From Myxococcota bacterium (GTDB lineage Bacteria; Myxococcota_A; UBA796; GCA-2862545): DNA of 64,000 nucleotides. The translations under genes were made by a program, and so were the position numbers. The notes beneath the pieces were generated by a model that did not search any database, had not been told where the DNA came from, and saw only the letters and a program-made list of their open reading frames with translations. Location: assembly GCA_039208735.1 (NCBI GenBank), contig JBCCQY010000030.1, positions 1 through 64,000 on the forward strand. Direction: 5' to 3'. Below, piece by piece: positions 19,788 through 28,937 of this stretch. The first letter of the stretch is position 1, and each line of letters opens with the position of its first letter.

Positions 19788-21269
19788 TCAATCGGTCTTG
19801 TCGGTCCCCGCCTTGAACACCTGGCGCGCGAATTCGTCGTGGACGCCGCGAACGCTTCGTACGCGAGTCCGGTTCTTCCAGTTGGTCAGGAAGGCGAAAG
19901 CGTAGCGCCGACCGTTGTCAGCGTCGAGATACCCCGCCAAACAATGGACGCCATCGAGGGTTCCCGTTTTACCCCTCATGCGACCCGGCTCGTCTCGCAG
20001 CCGGCGGTAGAGCGTTCCGTCAATGCCCGCAATGGCGAGCGAAGCGGTAAATTCGGCCCCCACCTTGGGGTCGCGGGCCATGTCGACCAACACGGCGGTG
20101 AGCACCGTCGGCGACAACATGGCCTGCCGAGACAGCCCCGACCCGTTGATGAGCACCGCCTGCTGCTCGGGAACCCCGATGCTCTGCAGGTAGCGGCGCA
20201 CCACCCGAATCCCTGCTTCGGTGGTCCCTTCCCCCTCGACCTCGTGGCCGACGGTGCGAATGACCTGCTCGGCCTGGAAGTTCAGCGAGTACTTGTTCAT
20301 GTCCATGAGGACGGCAACGAGCGGAGGCGAGGGAACGTCGCCAATGATTTGCGCGTCAACCGGCGTGACTCCCGGCGTATAGCGGCCCTTCACTTTGAGG
20401 CCCTGGTCTTTCATCACCCGCTGAAAGACCGAGCTGAAGTGCTTCGTGGGATGCGCCACCGTGCGCCGGTAGGGCACGCGTCTCGCATCCAGCGGAATCG
20501 TTCCCTTGACCGTAAACACGGTCTTGTTGGACTCGACCTCACGCTCGATCTGGATTCGTCGCCGCGACCGGGGGCGCCCCGTCTCAAGTTCGTTGATGAC
20601 CTCGACGTAGCCCATGGTTGGCGTTTCGAGTTCGACGTGACCCCGGGCCCCGACGGAGGCCCCAGGCCCCATCATCATCACGGCCGTGTTCATGTTGATC
20701 GACAGCGCCGAAAGCGTCGCGAAGTAGGTGGGACCGCGCTCGAGATCCTGCTTTTTGTCCCAGCCCGGAAGCTGCACGCTTCCCGAATGAAACGAGTCAT
20801 CGAAGATGACATTGCCCGAGACGGTCTGGATCCCGTAGAGGTGGATATCCCGGACCATCTTCCACATGTCTTCGATGACGAAGGTGGGATCGCCATGGCC
20901 CTTCACGTAGAGGTTGCCCTCGAGCGTGCCGTCGGGGTTCACCTTGGCATCTTTGTCGATGTAGATCTCGGTGGTGAATCGGTAGCTCGGCCCTAGATTC
21001 TTCAGCGCAGTGGCTGCCGTCAGCACCTTCATGGTGGACGCGGGATTGAGCAGGGAATCGGAGCCCCGAGCAAACACCTCTTCGCCGGTTTGCACGTCCA
21101 CCACTTGCAGACCGACCTGAGCCTTATCGAACAGCCAGCTGTCAGTGACGTTCGAAAGTAGCGTATCGAGCCGATCGGAAGGGATCGTCCGAGGCGAAGT
21201 GGTGAGGGTGGGCTCCTGGGCCTGGCCCGGGGATACGAGCAGGGTCAGCAACCAAAACGACCGGAGCAT
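19788..21269 (-). CDS. dacB: D-alanyl-D-alanine carboxypeptidase/endopeptidase (PBP4, peptidase S13)
   Basis: PASTMK (SxxK), GHGDP, KYSLNF (SxN), NGSGLSR, GKTGTL (KTG). Start taken at ATG 21269 (signal peptide). Confidence 0.95.
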   Translation of the reverse strand: MLRSFWLLTLLVSPGQAQEPTLTTSPRTIPSDRLDTLLSNVTDSWLFDKAQVGLQVVDVQTGEEVFARGSDSLLNPASTMKVLTAATALKNLGPSYRFTTEIYIDKDAKVNPDGTLEGNLYVKGHGDPTFVIEDMWKMVRDIHLYGIQTVSGNVIFDDSFHSGSVQLPGWDKKQDLERGPTYFATLSALSINMNTAVMMMGPGASVGARGHVELETPTMGYVEVINELETGRPRSRRRIQIEREVESNKTVFTVKGTIPLDARRVPYRRTVAHPTKHFSSVFQRVMKDQGLKVKGRYTPGVTPVDAQIIGDVPSPPLVAVLMDMNKYSLNFQAEQVIRTVGHEVEGEGTTEAGIRVVRRYLQSIGVPEQQAVLINGSGLSRQAMLSPTVLTAVLVDMARDPKVGAEFTASLAIAGIDGTLYRRLRDEPGRMRGKTGTLDGVHCLAGYLDADNGRRYAFAFLTNWKNRTRVRSVRGVHDEFARQVFKAGTDKTD

Positions 21270-21438
21270 TCGCTCTCCATCCACGATGCAGGCTACAGCA
21301 CGATGTCGCGATTCGCGAAGGCAGGTTCGCCGCAACCGCGATCTTCGCCGCCTGTGGTCAGGCGACATCATAAGCGCGGTACCTCGACCGCGCGACCACG
21401 GAGAGCGTCATGCGACCTTGGTTGGAGGGGAGGCGACT

Positions 21439-22827
21439 CTGACCGTGCGAATCCTGGTGGTTGATGACGATCGCGCTGTGCGCAAGGCGTTGCAGGTCAA
21501 CCTGTCCAAACAAGGGTGGCAGGTAACCCTGGCCGAAAGCGTGACCGACGCGCTTGAAGCCCTGCACGAACTCGACTTCGACGTCGTACTCACCGACGTT
21601 CGCATGCCGGATGCGACAGGCATCGATCTGCTGCGGAAGGTCCGGGCCACCTGGCCGGAGACTCCAGTGGTCGTCATGACCGGGTACGGCTCGGTCGCAG
21701 ACGCGGTGGCGGCCATGAAGGGTGGGGCCGCGGACTACCTCATCAAGCCCATTTCCAAAGACGAGCTGCTCGTCGTGCTGGACCGAACCCTCGAACAACG
21801 ATCCATGCGCGCTGAACTCGTGGAGCTGCGGCGCGAGGTGCAGCAGCGCTATGGCTTCGACAACCTCGTGGGCACCACCGCCGCCATGGTAACGGTCTAC
21901 GAACAGGTGGCTGCCGTGGCCGATACGCCCGCCACGGTGCTGCTCACCGGCGAGACCGGCACAGGCAAAGAGGTATTAGCCCACGCCATTCACTACCGAA
22001 GTCCAAGGGTAAACGCCCCTTTCGTTCGTGTGAACTGTGCCGCGATCCCCGAGACGCTCATCGAAAGTGAGCTGTTTGGCCATGAAAAGGGCTCGTTCAC
22101 GGGCGCCATCCGCCAACACATCGGAAAGTTCGAGCAGGCCGATGGCGGGACGCTGCTCCTCGACGAGATCGGCGAGATCAAACCGTTCGTCCAGGCGAAG
22201 CTGCTGCGCGTGCTCGAGAACGGGGAGCTGCAACGGGTGGGCGGCCAGACGACCCTTCGCGTCGACGTCCGGGTGATCGCGGCCACCAACAAGGATCTCG
22301 CCCAGGAGGCGCGCGCCGAACGATTCCGATCAGACCTTTACTATCGTCTGAACGTGGTCACGATTCGCGTGCCTCCATTGCGACAGCGCCTCGATGACAT
22401 CCCGCTGCTCGTCGACCACTTCTTGGCCAAGCATGCGGCACGCCACGACCGGCCCGTTCCAGAGGTCGATAGCCCTGCTCTCGACGAACTGAGAACGTAC
22501 GATTGGCCGGGCAACGTCCGGCAGCTCGAGCACGTCGTGGAGCGCGCGCTGATCCTGTCGCAAGGCCAACGCATCTCCCAGTTTGGTCTTCCCTCGACCG
22601 AAGACGAGCTTGTCGAACGACCCGCGACGCCCTCCATGTTGCCCCCGCCGGACGTGAAGCTGCAGGACTGGCTGCTCCGCTACGAAAAACAAGTGATTGT
22701 CGCCGCCTTACGCCAGGCGGGAGGCGTGCAAGCCAAGGCGGCCCGACGATTAGGCGTTTCGAGGTCCAACCTCAATTACCGCATTCACCGGCTCGGCATT
22801 CAGGTCAAGGACGTCGAATACGAGTGA
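21439..22827 (+). CDS. Sigma-54-dependent response regulator (NtrC family)
   Basis: Receiver (ILVVDDD, TDVRMP), AAA+ (GETGTGKE, ESELFGHEKGSFTGA, LLLDEI, WPGNVRQL), Fis HTH. Start CTG 21439 or GTG 21445. Confidence 0.95.
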   Translation: MTVRILVVDDDRAVRKALQVNLSKQGWQVTLAESVTDALEALHELDFDVVLTDVRMPDATGIDLLRKVRATWPETPVVVMTGYGSVADAVAAMKGGAADYLIKPISKDELLVVLDRTLEQRSMRAELVELRREVQQRYGFDNLVGTTAAMVTVYEQVAAVADTPATVLLTGETGTGKEVLAHAIHYRSPRVNAPFVRVNCAAIPETLIESELFGHEKGSFTGAIRQHIGKFEQADGGTLLLDEIGEIKPFVQAKLLRVLENGELQRVGGQTTLRVDVRVIAATNKDLAQEARAERFRSDLYYRLNVVTIRVPPLRQRLDDIPLLVDHFLAKHAARHDRPVPEVDSPALDELRTYDWPGNVRQLEHVVERALILSQGQRISQFGLPSTEDELVERPATPSMLPPPDVKLQDWLLRYEKQVIVAALRQAGGVQAKAARRLGVSRSNLNYRIHRLGIQVKDVEYE

Positions 22828-22828
22828 C

Positions 22829-23176
22829 CTACGGCAGATCGCTGTAGAGCGCGACCACTTCATCGCAGGTGAGCACGGCCGTGCTGTCATCGCACGACAG
22901 CCCCGCGACCTGGGGCCGGCCGATGTTGAACAGGGGCATGACGTCACAACACTCTTGGAGGGCCGCCTGCCGCTCGAACGAGGACAACCCGCGTCGTTCA
23001 TCATCCCACTCTTGTTGGCACAGGTCGATGAAGTCTTCGCGGTCCGTCGCTCGCACATCGGTCCATGCGAGGGCCGAGTTGTCGTCGATGCAGGCGTCGA
23101 GACGGTCACCGATCGAGCGACACAGCCGTTGGCAGTTGTCACCACAGCCCAACAGCGTCACGAAGACCAGGAACAT
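22829..23176 (-). CDS. Small Cys-rich lipoprotein
   Basis: MFLVFVTLLG-C lipobox, multiple Cys; fills the gap between tRNA and regulator. Confidence 0.7.
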   Translation of the reverse strand: MFLVFVTLLGCGDNCQRLCRSIGDRLDACIDDNSALAWTDVRATDREDFIDLCQQEWDDERRGLSSFERQAALQECCDVMPLFNIGRPQVAGLSCDDSTAVLTCDEVVALYSDLP

Positions 23177-23192
23177 GTGGACATCCGAAGAG

Positions 23193-23265
23193 TGGCCGGG
23201 GACGGAATCGAACCGCCGACACGGGGATTTTCAATCCCCTGCTCTACCGACTGAGCTACCCGGCC
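23193..23265 (-). tRNA. tRNA-Phe (GAA), CCA not encoded
   Basis: Minus strand GGCCGGG TA GCTC AGTCGGTA GAGC A GGGGA TTGAAAA TCCCC GTGTC GGCGG TTCGATT CCGTC CCCGGCC A folds as a full cloverleaf; followed by CT rather than CCA. Confidence 0.97.
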
Positions 23266-23279
23266 CGTCGGGTCAAGCA

Positions 23280-23308
23280 ACCCTAACGGTGCGCTCCGGG
23301 GCCAGCAA
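23280..23308 (-). promoter_or_regulatory. Candidate sigma-70 promoter for tRNA-Phe
   Basis: TTGCTG-N17-TAGGGT ending 14 nt upstream of the tRNA 5' end. Confidence 0.5.
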
Positions 23309-23322
23309 GCCACAGGGGTGCT

Positions 23323-23607
23323 TTACGCTCCCGGAGCGAGCCGGACCGTGACGGCCCCTACAACCTCGGCCTGGCAAGCCAGCCGGTGGGTGGGGGCGTC
23401 GAGAAACGGCTCCTCTTCCGGCAATCGCGGCGAGAGTCCCTCGGCGTCGCCCACCACGTCGACCCGGCAGGTATTGCAACACGCGAAGCCTCCGCATGCC
23501 GCTTCCATGGGGATCTCAGCCGCCTCACAGGCCTCGAGCAACAGCGTCCCCGGTTCGACCTGCAACGTACGGTGGCCCTCGATCACCACCGGAACCGCGT
23601 CCCCCAA
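23323..23607 (-). CDS. 2Fe-2S ferredoxin
   Basis: CGGFACCNTC...RLACQ pattern; GGGAGGAG before TTG. Confidence 0.9.
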   Translation of the reverse strand: MGDAVPVVIEGHRTLQVEPGTLLLEACEAAEIPMEAACGGFACCNTCRVDVVGDAEGLSPRLPEEEPFLDAPTHRLACQAEVVGAVTVRLAPGA

Positions 23608-23622
23608 GGCTCCTCCCGAACG

Positions 23623-23958
23623 CTAGACGTCGAAGCTCTCGCCGCAACCACAAACGCGCTTCACATTCGGGTTTTCAAGCGCAAATCCGCTCACCAGCTC
23701 GGTATCGTTCCACACCAGCATGGACCCTTGTAGGAACGGCAGGTGCAACGGGTGAACAAAGACCTTGGCGCCTTCATGTTCAAACACAAGGTCGTCGTCT
23801 TCGGGGCTCGCTTCGAATTCGAGCTGGTAGGCGTAGCCCGAACAGCCACCATCCTGTAAACCAACGCGAAGGCCCACGTAGTCACCCTCGCGCTTGTGGG
23901 TCACTTCGCGAATGCGTTCGGCAGCCCGGTCCGTCATGCTGATCATTCGACCCTCCAT
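23623..23958 (-). CDS. HesB/IscA family Fe-S cluster assembly accessory protein
   Basis: GGCSGYAY and C-terminal NPN...CGCGESF. Start may be 23946. Confidence 0.93.
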   Translation of the reverse strand: MEGRMISMTDRAAERIREVTHKREGDYVGLRVGLQDGGCSGYAYQLEFEASPEDDDLVFEHEGAKVFVHPLHLPFLQGSMLVWNDTELVSGFALENPNVKRVCGCGESFDV

Positions 23959-24019
23959 GGACTGCCCATAGCATCCTCGTACCGGTGGAGATACGCCACC
24001 GGCGGACCCCGGGACCTTC

Positions 24020-24640
24020 GTGCGCCTGATCTTCGTCGACGCTTATGATTCGTTTACTTACAACCTGGTACACGGCTTACAACTAGCGGGGCCTCGCGTC
24101 CAGGTCGTGCGGTGCGACGAGGTCGACCCGGGGAGTTTGCGGGCCGCAGATGCAGTGGTTCTCGGCCCTGGACCCGGAGAACCCCACGAGGCCGGCTGTT
24201 TTATCGAGGCCGTTCACGAGCTGCTCGGTCGCGTACCGCTGCTGGGCGTTTGCTTGGGCCACCAGGCCCTGGGCATCGCGCTGGGAGCCCGCTTGCGGCG
24301 TCATGAGCCGGTCCATGGCCACGCCACCCCGGTCATTCACGATGGAACGGGCTTGTTTGCAGGTCTTCCGCCTCGCGCTCCCATGACCCGGTACCACTCG
24401 CTGGTCATCGACGACCTCCCTCCTTCGCTACGGGCTTGCGCCTTCAGCGATGACCAAGCCATCATGGGTGTCGCCCACACCGAGCACCCCGCCTGGGGCG
24501 TCCAGTTCCATCCCGAGTCGGTGCTTTCAGGTCCCGCGGGACTGGGGCTCCTCGCGCGCTTCGTGTCGCTCGCAAGCGCCTGGCATCGTCAGCCCTCGTC
24601 GCCCATCACTCCTGGTCGGGCTTCCAGCGCGATTCGGTAG
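24020..24640 (+). CDS. Anthranilate/aminodeoxychorismate synthase component II (TrpG/PabA glutamine amidotransferase)
   Basis: DAYDSFTYNL, GPGPG, GVCLGHQ, RYHSL, GVQFHPES. Confidence 0.93.
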   Translation: MRLIFVDAYDSFTYNLVHGLQLAGPRVQVVRCDEVDPGSLRAADAVVLGPGPGEPHEAGCFIEAVHELLGRVPLLGVCLGHQALGIALGARLRRHEPVHGHATPVIHDGTGLFAGLPPRAPMTRYHSLVIDDLPPSLRACAFSDDQAIMGVAHTEHPAWGVQFHPESVLSGPAGLGLLARFVSLASAWHRQPSSPITPGRASSAIR

Positions 24641-24930
24641 ATCTGCCACGGCAGTTGGGCCAGCACGGCCAGAAACAGCAACGGGCCGAGCGGGTTCATC
24701 TGGAACGCTTCCGCCACATGGCCATGGGCAAGGAACGAAAAGCTACGGGTCAGGCCACATCCAGGGCAGGAGTACCCCGTAATGAGGCGAAAGGTGCAGA
24801 GAACAGGGACATCGTAGCCAAAGAGGGTCACGACCTCGTTCGAAGGCGTAAGGGTGAAGGCCAGCACGAGGATGAGCGCGCTTCCGCCCAGCACCCACCA
24901 GCGTCCCGATTGAAGCCAAACCAGATTCAT
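24589..24930 (-). CDS. DUF2752-type membrane protein
   Basis: LCTFRLITGYSCPGCGLTRS...MNPLG signature with flanking TMs. Confidence 0.85.
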   Translation of the reverse strand: MNLVWLQSGRWWVLGGSALILVLAFTLTPSNEVVTLFGYDVPVLCTFRLITGYSCPGCGLTRSFSFLAHGHVAEAFQMNPLGPLLFLAVLAQLPWQIYRIALEARPGVMGDEG

Positions 24931-25379
24931 GAACGACTCTCGAGGCGACCCAACTGGCGCGCCATGCGGTCCACAATCCCATTGACGAACGCCCGCGAGT
25001 CGGCGGTGCCAAAGCGTTTCGCGAGTTCGATCGCCTCGTTGATGGCGACGTTCACAGGAATATCGGGTGCCTCCCGAAGCTCATACGCCGCCATGCGCAG
25101 AACATTGCGATCGACGAGTGGCATACGGACGAGCCGCCAATTGTTGGACGCCGCTTCGATGAGCGCATCCAATGCTTCGCGGTTGACCTCGACCCCGTGG
25201 GCGATGCGCTGGGCGAACTCGACCTCCTCACTCTCGGGAGCCCGCTGTCCGTCGATGCCCTCACCGTCCATCAGGCCCGACCACAGGTCGTTGAGGGCAG
25301 CCGCCGCGCTCACCTGGCGCAGGTCTGCCTCGAACAGTGCCTGAAGCGCGAACTGTCGAGCTCGGCGCCGCGACGCCAT
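24927..25379 (-). CDS. nusB: Transcription antitermination factor NusB
   Basis: RRRARQFALQALF, DRNVLRMAAYEL, INEAIELAKRFG, FVNGIVD; TGATG overlap with ribH. Confidence 0.95.
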   Translation of the reverse strand: MASRRRARQFALQALFEADLRQVSAAAALNDLWSGLMDGEGIDGQRAPESEEVEFAQRIAHGVEVNREALDALIEAASNNWRLVRMPLVDRNVLRMAAYELREAPDIPVNVAINEAIELAKRFGTADSRAFVNGIVDRMARQLGRLESRS

Positions 25380-25846
25380 CAGTCCTCCAGCGTGCGCAGG
25401 ACCGAGACCATTTCGAGTGCCGTGACCGCGGCATGGCGGCCCTGGTTCCCAGCCTTGGTTCCGGCACGCTCGAGGGCCTGCTCGATCGAATCGGTTGTCA
25501 GAACGCCAAAGATGACGGGCACATCCGTTTCGAGCGAAATGTGAGCGCAACCGCCCGCCACCGCATTGACCACCACATCGAAATGGGGTGTGGCACCGCG
25601 AATCACGGCGCCCAGCGCAATGACGGCGTCATAGCGGCCCGACTTCGCCGCCCGACTGCAGACCACCGGCACTTCCATGGCGCCAGGGACCCAGAACAGG
25701 TCGATCTGGTCTTCGGGAACGTCGTGGCGCACCAAGGAGTCCTGCGCCCCCTTCACCAACGAATCGACGACCAGCTCGTTGAAGCGGCTGGCCACGAGTG
25801 CGTAGCGGCCCCCGACTGCGGAGAGTCCACCCTTGTGAATGTTCAT
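25379..25846 (-). CDS. ribH: 6,7-dimethyl-8-ribityllumazine synthase
   Basis: SRFN, VPGAME, LGAVIRGATPHFD, PVIFGVLTTD, ERAGTKAGN. Confidence 0.96.
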   Translation of the reverse strand: MNIHKGGLSAVGGRYALVASRFNELVVDSLVKGAQDSLVRHDVPEDQIDLFWVPGAMEVPVVCSRAAKSGRYDAVIALGAVIRGATPHFDVVVNAVAGGCAHISLETDVPVIFGVLTTDSIEQALERAGTKAGNQGRHAAVTALEMVSVLRTLED

Positions 25847-27027
25847 GGGTGACGTCCCCCCGGCGTCATCAGCGGCACGCGTTCATCGACGCGTAGGCCG
25901 TACGCCTCGACGCCTACAATGGCTCGGCGCGACGACGTGAGCAACCGCAGATCCCGAAGCCCAAGGTCCACGAGGATTTGACAACCCATGCCCAGATCGC
26001 GCAACGCATCGGCCCGGGGGATCGATGCCGCCTCACTGTGGCCTTCGAATTGTGCGAGGAAGCTTCGTTTCAGAGCGGACATCGGTGATGAAAGGTGCAT
26101 GAACACCACCACCCCTTCGCCCGCGTTGGCCACCGCTTCGAGCGCGGCATGGGCGGACCGACCCAATGGAGCATCCTGGGGCGACAGAAAGGCCCAGGGC
26201 GGCGGGGCGGCTTGGACGCGCACCAGCGTTGGGTCCGGGGACAGGTCGCCCTTCCAAAGGGCTTGATGGAGCCCTCCGGTGCCCACCCCGGTGTAGAGCC
26301 GCGTTTTCCACTCCCCGAGACCATCAATCGAAACGGACCCTTCACCCTCACGCTTCACGACGCGTTCGGTGCGCATCCGGTACTTGATGATGTCGGCCAC
26401 GGCCGCAATGCGAATCTGATGACGCCGGCCAAAATCCTTGAGTTCCGGCAGTCGAGCCATCGACCCGTCGTCGTTCATGATTTCGCAGATGACGCCACTG
26501 GGATGCAGGCCCCCAAGACGGGCCAAGTCGACCGATCCTTCGGTTTGGCCTACCCGCTCGAGCACACCGCCATCGCGTGCGCGCAACGGAAAGATGTGGC
26601 CTGGGGTCACGATGTCGCGAGGGGTGGCATCGCCGCGAATCGCCGTCAGCACCGTGTGCGCTCGATCGGCGGCGGAAATGCCCGTCGTGACGCCTTCACG
26701 GGCTTCGATCGAGACCGTGAACGCCGTCTGGTAGGCGCTTTGATTGCTCGTGGCCATCATCGGCAGCCCTAGCCGATCAACCTGCGAGGACGTGATCGAC
26801 AGGCAAATGAGCCCTCGCGCATGCGTCGCCATGAAGTTGATCGCCTCGGGCGTCACCTTCTCGGCTGCAATCACGATGTCGCCCTCGTTCTCGCGATCCT
26901 CATCGTCCACGAGGATGATCATTTTGCCCTGGCGAAGGTCCTGCATCGCAAGCTCGACCCGTCGGATCGGATCGGGATGGAGGACCTCAAAGGACTCAGA
27001 AGCAGAATTTTCGAGGGGATTGGACAT
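25843..27027 (-). CDS. ribB: DHBP synthase RibB fused to a degenerate GTP cyclohydrolase II domain (RibBX type)
   Basis: [35 protein letters not shown]-terminal RibA-like domain lacks the HSECxTGD and Zn-binding Cys. ATG 27027. Confidence 0.92.
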   Translation of the reverse strand: MSNPLENSASESFEVLHPDPIRRVELAMQDLRQGKMIILVDDEDRENEGDIVIAAEKVTPEAINFMATHARGLICLSITSSQVDRLGLPMMATSNQSAYQTAFTVSIEAREGVTTGISAADRAHTVLTAIRGDATPRDIVTPGHIFPLRARDGGVLERVGQTEGSVDLARLGGLHPSGVICEIMNDDGSMARLPELKDFGRRHQIRIAAVADIIKYRMRTERVVKREGEGSVSIDGLGEWKTRLYTGVGTGGLHQALWKGDLSPDPTLVRVQAAPPPWAFLSPQDAPLGRSAHAALEAVANAGEGVVVFMHLSSPMSALKRSFLAQFEGHSEAASIPRADALRDLGMGCQILVDLGLRDLRLLTSSRRAIVGVEAYGLRVDERVPLMTPGGRHP

Positions 27028-27132
27028 GACAGCTCCGATGAGGTGGCGTCCGACCGGAGACGTAACTCTCCCGCCAAGCAGCCAGGCCAGCCTCTCGGCT
27101 ATGCTCCGGAATCTCGGAACCTGGAGAACCGT

Positions 27133-28584
27133 ATGGTCCGCACGTTGATGGTGCTCGCGATGGCAACCGGCTGTTTCCTCGAAAGGAACGGGAACGGAAC
27201 AGATACCCCCGATCCCGGCACGGCTGACCCCACTCAACCCACCGACAACCCGGATACCAACCCCGATCCTGACCCCACGAACCCCGATCCTGACCCCGAT
27301 CCCGACCCCGCAGGCGTCATCGATGACCTGGCGTGGCAGCACAATGCCCATCACCTGGGGCCGTTCAGCGTCTACTGGACCCAAACCGAAGCTGCGACCG
27401 TGTTCGTCGAGTACCAGGTTGATGGCGCCTGGGAGCGGACCCGGGCCGTCGATGGATTGAAAGGCAACAACGAGGCGACGGTCATTGGCGTTCCCCTTGG
27501 AATGACCGCGGATTGGCGCGTTGTCATGGAAGATGGGTCGCTGACCGTCGATGCCGACAAGCCTCTCGTGGCGCGCCCCGCCGATCCCGACATGCCGATT
27601 GCCACGATCGATGTGAACGACGCCACGCTGTGGTCCGGCGACTACGTGCTCGTCTCGATCAATGAGACAGGCTGTGATTGGTGTGGCGGCGTCTATTGGC
27701 TCTTCATCATCGACCGGGCCGGCCGTCCGGTATGGGCCACCCGTACCGGGGGCACCGACCTTCGCGCCATCCTTTACGCCCAGATCTCGCAGTCGGGCGA
27801 CAGCATCCTGTGGGACGAGATCCATTGGCGCGACCGCGAAGATTCCGAAGCCCATCGGACCTACCTCGATGAGCCGATCGAAGACATCGACATCCCAGGA
27901 CATCACCACTCGATGCTCGAACTGCCGGACGGCACGATTGCGTGGGCGGCCGAGCTATCCAACGGAAGTGAAGGGCTGCTGGAACTCGCTCCCGGCGCCA
28001 CCGCTCCGACCGAGGTGTGGTCTTGCTCCGATTGGAGCGTCGCGTTGCAGTGCTTTGGCGGTGGTTCCAACTCGATTTGGTACGACGCGGCCACCGATAG
28101 CTACGTCTACAGCTGGTGGTCGATGGAATCGGTGGTGGAAGTCGACCGCGCAAGCGGCACGTCAACCTGGTGGTCGCGCGGTCGCTTCAGCAACGACATG
28201 ATCTTCGATGAGCCCGGTGAATACGGCTTCGAGCCCGATTCGTCCCGGTTCCGGTGGCAGCACGGCCTTGAAATCCTGCCCAACGGCAACCTGCTGGCCT
28301 CGACCGACGAAAACGGCACGACCTGGGTCCGCGAGTATGAGATCGACCGGACCGACGAAGTGCTGCGCGACGTTTGGGGCTTCAACTCCGGTGAGTACGC
28401 GCAGTACAACGGCGACACGCGCCGACTGCCTAACGGCAACACCCTGCACGGCTTGGGCGCGCGTTCTCAGCTCTACGAGGTCACCACGACGGGAACCGTC
28501 GCGTGGTGGGCCACATGGTCGCGCGACAAGATGCTGGGCCGCGCAGAGATCATCGACGACCTGTACGACCTGGTCGCTCCGTAA
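27133..28584 (+). CDS. Lipoprotein with Asp-Pro linker and arylsulfotransferase-like beta-propeller
   Basis: GGAG plus ATG, lipobox ATGC, DP-rich linker, HHHS...LPDG, NSIWYD, WQHG, RLPNGNTL. Confidence 0.75.
   Translation: MVRTLMVLAMATGCFLERNGNGTDTPDPGTADPTQPTDNPDTNPDPDPTNPDPDPDPDPAGVIDDLAWQHNAHHLGPFSVYWTQTEAATVFVEYQVDGAWERTRAVDGLKGNNEATVIGVPLGMTADWRVVMEDGSLTVDADKPLVARPADPDMPIATIDVNDATLWSGDYVLVSINETGCDWCGGVYWLFIIDRAGRPVWATRTGGTDLRAILYAQISQSGDSILWDEIHWRDREDSEAHRTYLDEPIEDIDIPGHHHSMLELPDGTIAWAAELSNGSEGLLELAPGATAPTEVWSCSDWSVALQCFGGGSNSIWYDAATDSYVYSWWSMESVVEVDRASGTSTWWSRGRFSNDMIFDEPGEYGFEPDSSRFRWQHGLEILPNGNLLASTDENGTTWVREYEIDRTDEVLRDVWGFNSGEYAQYNGDTRRLPNGNTLHGLGARSQLYEVTTTGTVAWWATWSRDKMLGRAEIIDDLYDLVAP
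27259..27310 (+). repeat. Short tandem repeat encoding NPDPDP linker
   Basis: AACCCCGATCCTGACCCC at 27259-27276 and 27280-27297, followed by degenerate GATCCCGACCCC. Confidence 0.8.
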
Positions 28585-28596
28585 GCGGAACCGCGC

Positions 28597-28866
28597 CTAA
28601 GAGTCGCCGGACTCGCCGCCCCCGAGAAGCGCGGCGAGCTTCTGGTAGCCCTCCTTCAACTCATCGGTGACCTTCTGGACGGTGCTTTCCACCGTCTCAC
28701 TCGCCACCGCAGCGGCCTGCTCGACATCGCGCTTAGCCTCTTCAAACCGGCTCTCGAGCTTGGCCCACTCGTCTTTGGCGTCCATGGACGCCAAGTGCAT
28801 TTGCAACTTTAGGCGATCCCGCAGCTGCTCAAGTTCCTGCAAGGGAGATGGCTTATCGTCGGACAT
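28597..28866 (-). CDS. Small helical hypothetical protein
   Basis: AGGAGGAG plus ATG 28866; LRDRLKLQMHLASMDAKDEW coiled coil. Confidence 0.75.
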   Translation of the reverse strand: MSDDKPSPLQELEQLRDRLKLQMHLASMDAKDEWAKLESRFEEAKRDVEQAAAVASETVESTVQKVTDELKEGYQKLAALLGGGESGDS

Positions 28867-28937
28867 GGGTGCTCCTCCTTCGGATGGGCACCGAAAGGAT
28901 AAGGACGCGGCAAGGGGTCGGAAACCCCGGGGGACCG

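Noticed and set aside
8291..20996. Long plus-strand ORFs (e.g. 8291-9427, 9770-10960, 11083-12180, 13607-14983, 19575-20996)
   Set aside because: They are antisense shadows of well-supported minus-strand genes, expected from high-GC codon bias, and show no recognisable motifs.
23193..23265. tRNA as an integration site for a genomic island
   Set aside because: No integrase, no duplicated tRNA 3' end and no obvious compositional shift in the window.
27230..27310. Short direct repeats as a CRISPR-like array
   Set aside because: In-frame Asp-Pro linker of a lipoprotein; no spacers and no cas genes.
27028..27909. Apparent 294-aa N-terminal extension of RibB in the ORF track
   Set aside because: Mostly the antisense of the divergent lipoprotein gene; the real start is ATG 27027 with a GGAG RBS.
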